DNA of 36,098 nt from contig CAZJRX010000003.1 of assembly GCA_964548145.1 (NCBI GenBank), forward strand, positions 1 through 36,098, given 5' to 3'. The position numbers and the translations under genes are program-made. This document shows, piece after piece, positions 34,081 to 36,098 of this stretch (positions are counted from its first letter, which is position 1; each line of letters opens with the position of its first letter). This DNA comes from an uncultured Pseudomonadales bacterium. GTDB taxonomy: Bacteria; Pseudomonadota; Gammaproteobacteria; Pseudomonadales; Azotimanducaceae. The notes under the pieces were generated by a model that worked only from the letters and a program-made list of their open reading frames with translations, did not search any database and was not told the origin of the DNA.

Positions 34081-34863
34081 TCACCGCCACATATGCGTGC
34101 CGCCGCAAACGGCGATGGCCTGACCCGTCACATAGGCACTTGCCGACGACGCGAGGTAAACGGCGATCCCCTTGAAGTCATCGGACTCGCCGAGCCGGCG
34201 CAACGGGGTGTTCGTCTCGGCGTTGCGCTTGGCCTGCTCGTTATCCCACAGCGCACGCGCGAAGTCGGTCTTGATGAGGCCGGGACAGATGGCGTTGACG
34301 CGGATGCCGCTCGGTCCGTACTCGAGCGCCAGGTTCCTGACCAGGGCGATGTCGGCGAGTTTGGAAATCGCGTAGGTGCCGAGGGTCAGCGACGGCGTGA
34401 ACGCGCCGGTACTCGAGGTGATCATCATCGATCCGCCGCCGCTGGCGACCATGTCCGGCGCCACCATCTGCGCGAGCCAATGGTTGGAACGGACATTGGA
34501 GTTCATGATCTTGTCGAAGGCCGAGTCGGGGATCTCGGACATCGGCCCGTAGAACGGGTTGACACCGGCGTTGGCAATGAGAATGTCGATGGAACCCAGG
34601 CGGTCGCGCGTCTCGCCCACCAGCGCTTCAAGCTGGTCCTTGTAGCCGATGTTGCAGGCCACGGGGATGGCCATCTCTTCGCCGCACTTGTCGTTGATCT
34701 GCTGGCAGGCGACCTCGCACTGGTCGAACTTGCGGCTCGATACGACGACCCGGGCACCGTGTTCCGCGAGCCCTTCCGCCATGGCGAATCCCATGCCCTT
34801 GGAGGCGCCGGTCAACAAGGCGACCTTGCCAGTTAGATCGAAGAGGGTGGTTGCGACGGCCAT
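34081..34863 (-). CDS. Short-chain dehydrogenase/reductase (SDR)
   Basis: 260 aa. TGASKGMGFA, ANAG, and catalytic YAISKLA (YxxxK). Confidence 0.9.
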   Translation of the reverse strand: MAVATTLFDLTGKVALLTGASKGMGFAMAEGLAEHGARVVVSSRKFDQCEVACQQINDKCGEEMAIPVACNIGYKDQLEALVGETRDRLGSIDILIANAGVNPFYGPMSEIPDSAFDKIMNSNVRSNHWLAQMVAPDMVASGGGSMMITSSTGAFTPSLTLGTYAISKLADIALVRNLALEYGPSGIRVNAICPGLIKTDFARALWDNEQAKRNAETNTPLRRLGESDDFKGIAVYLASSASAYVTGQAIAVCGGTHMWR

Positions 34864-34922
34864 GTGGCGACTCCGTTAGATCAAACCAATCACCATATCG
34901 GCTCGCCATGCGAAGCGCTAGC

Positions 34923-34946
34923 GCGCCTCGCGAGTGCGCGAGGCGT
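34923..34946 (-). terminator. Strong GC hairpin downstream of the amidohydrolase gene
   Basis: CGCCTCGCG-agtg-CGCGAGGCG, 9 bp plus a flanking G-U pair and a 4-nt loop, about 80 nt after the stop at 35025. There is no clear U-tract. Confidence 0.35.
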
Positions 34947-35024
34947 TCAAGAGCACTTCGACGCGCTGTGCCAAACGCAATCTGCGTGAGAGCACCAAGG
35001 GGGTTCAAGGAGTCTAGTGCTCCG

Positions 35025-36098
35025 TCAGATCCCGTACAACGCCTTCACGTTGCCCCGTGTGATCTTCGCACGATCCTCATCGGGAATTCCCTCGAACAAC
35101 TCGTCGAGGACGTCGTTCGAGCAGGGCCAGGTCGAGTCGGTGTGGGGGTAGTCCGAACCCCACATCAGGTTGTCGACACCGATGAACTCACGGGTGGCGA
35201 GCGCCGGCCGGTCGTCCTCGATGGTGGCATAGAATTGGCGCCGCCAGACCTCGTGCGGCGGGGTGCCGGTGAACGGTTCGTCCATGTTGCGGCGTTCCCG
35301 CTGCAAGCCCTGGTCGACCCGGTCGAGCCAATGGGCGATCCAGCCGGCATTGAATTCGGCGACAACGATCTTGAGATTCGGGTGGCGGTCGCAGACGCCG
35401 CGGCACATGAACTCGACGATGGTGCGTTGCACCGTGCCCTGGGAAGCGGCGTAGTCGGCGATGGCATCGGCGCGTACCGGTCGACGGCGCTGTTCGCGGG
35501 GGACGTACGCGTTCGTACCAACGTGCATCGACAGCGGCAAACCCGCCTCTTCGGCACGTGACCAGACCGGCTCGTAGGCTTCGTCGAAGTAGGGGCGGCC
35601 GGCGGGGGACGTGCAGGGAATGCAGCCGCCCTTGAAGCCCATCGCGATGACCCGGTCGATCTCCTTGGTGGCCGCATCGGGATCCTGCACCGGGATGGCG
35701 GCCAAGCCAAACAGGCGGCCATCGGACGCCGTCGAGTAGTCGTGGAGCCAGTCGTTGTAGTTCTTCTGCAGCGCGACGAGCAAAGGCGTGTTGGCCAGGC
35801 CGAACATCCCGAAAAAGCCGGGGTAGAGGAACTCCGCCGCGAGTCCGTCGACATCCTGATCCTCGTAGCGGTGCGCACCGTCCACGAGTCCCTTGCGCAT
35901 TCCGGCGTAGCCCTTGTTGAACAGCGCGACCAGCTCGGGATCCTTCATGTGCGCGACATCCGGTTTGTGGCCGGGTTTGCGGTTGAGCGGCTCGTTGCGC
36001 GCCAGACGCGTCGCCGCCATCCCCATGCGGGCGACGCTGACGCCGCGCAGGCCGTTGGCGGGGATCACAATGGCGTCCACCTGGTCGCCGACATCCAT
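35025..36098 (-). CDS. Amidohydrolase-2 (ACMSD-like metal-dependent hydrolase) family protein
   Basis: 357 aa. ..FKGGCIPCT.., ..LSMHVGTN.., ..VVAEFNAGW.., and C-terminal WGSDYPHTDSTWP, typical of PF04909-type amidohydrolases. The ATG is the last codon position of the window (36096-36098). Confidence 0.85.
   Translation of the reverse strand: MDVGDQVDAIVIPANGLRGVSVARMGMAATRLARNEPLNRKPGHKPDVAHMKDPELVALFNKGYAGMRKGLVDGAHRYEDQDVDGLAAEFLYPGFFGMFGLANTPLLVALQKNYNDWLHDYSTASDGRLFGLAAIPVQDPDAATKEIDRVIAMGFKGGCIPCTSPAGRPYFDEAYEPVWSRAEEAGLPLSMHVGTNAYVPREQRRRPVRADAIADYAASQGTVQRTIVEFMCRGVCDRHPNLKIVVAEFNAGWIAHWLDRVDQGLQRERRNMDEPFTGTPPHEVWRRQFYATIEDDRPALATREFIGVDNLMWGSDYPHTDSTWPCSNDVLDELFEGIPDEDRAKITRGNVKALYGI

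Noticed and set aside
1-36098. Scan for CRISPR arrays, rRNA and tRNA genes, and long tandem repeats
   Set aside because: I saw no regularly spaced repeats, cloverleaf-compatible segments or rRNA-like stretches. This was by eye only, so a tRNAscan or Infernal run would be needed for certainty.

Overview
This is a visibly GC-rich bacterial chromosomal segment, probably proteobacterial. GC content was not computed. I can support about 30 protein-coding genes. I recognised no rRNA, tRNA or CRISPR array.

Most of the window is ordinary metabolic or housekeeping content:
- a tandem-AAA+ ATPase
- a MATE exporter sitting behind two paralogous membrane-anchored proteins of unknown function
- cytochrome c', cytochrome b561 and a cupin
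- a FadB-like enoyl-CoA hydratase/3-hydroxyacyl-CoA dehydrogenase
- an alpha/beta hydrolase, a GH51 arabinofuranosidase, a TPR protein and a HAD hydrolase
- a DM13 protein with an aldo-keto reductase
- a CBM9/DUF5916-type protein
- two SDRs, DNA polymerase II and an amidohydrolase

The stand-out is an accessory segment at about 20.9-30.3 kb. It contains a small ORF and an apparently degenerate IS1-like transposase homologue. Next comes a nitrile-hydratase-like leader peptide (NHLP) RiPP precursor with a double-glycine site and a Cys-free, Asp/Asn/Gly/His-rich 26-aa core. The NHLP-type export trio follows: a short HlyD-like adaptor, a C39-peptidase ABC exporter and a second ABC exporter. Convergent to these is a 524-aa JmjC/cupin-4-type Fe(II)/2-oxoglutarate oxygenase, the only candidate tailoring enzyme. 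It abuts a truncated flavin monooxygenase gene.

An 86-nt sequence just 3' of the precursor stop recurs in the same orientation, at 71/86 aligned positions by hand, inside the oxygenase coding region. Its substitutions preserve a two-helix fold, and one of them is a compensatory pair. I regard the NHLP-plus-JmjC locus and this shared element as the most interesting content.

All family calls rest on motif recognition by eye. No database search was run.
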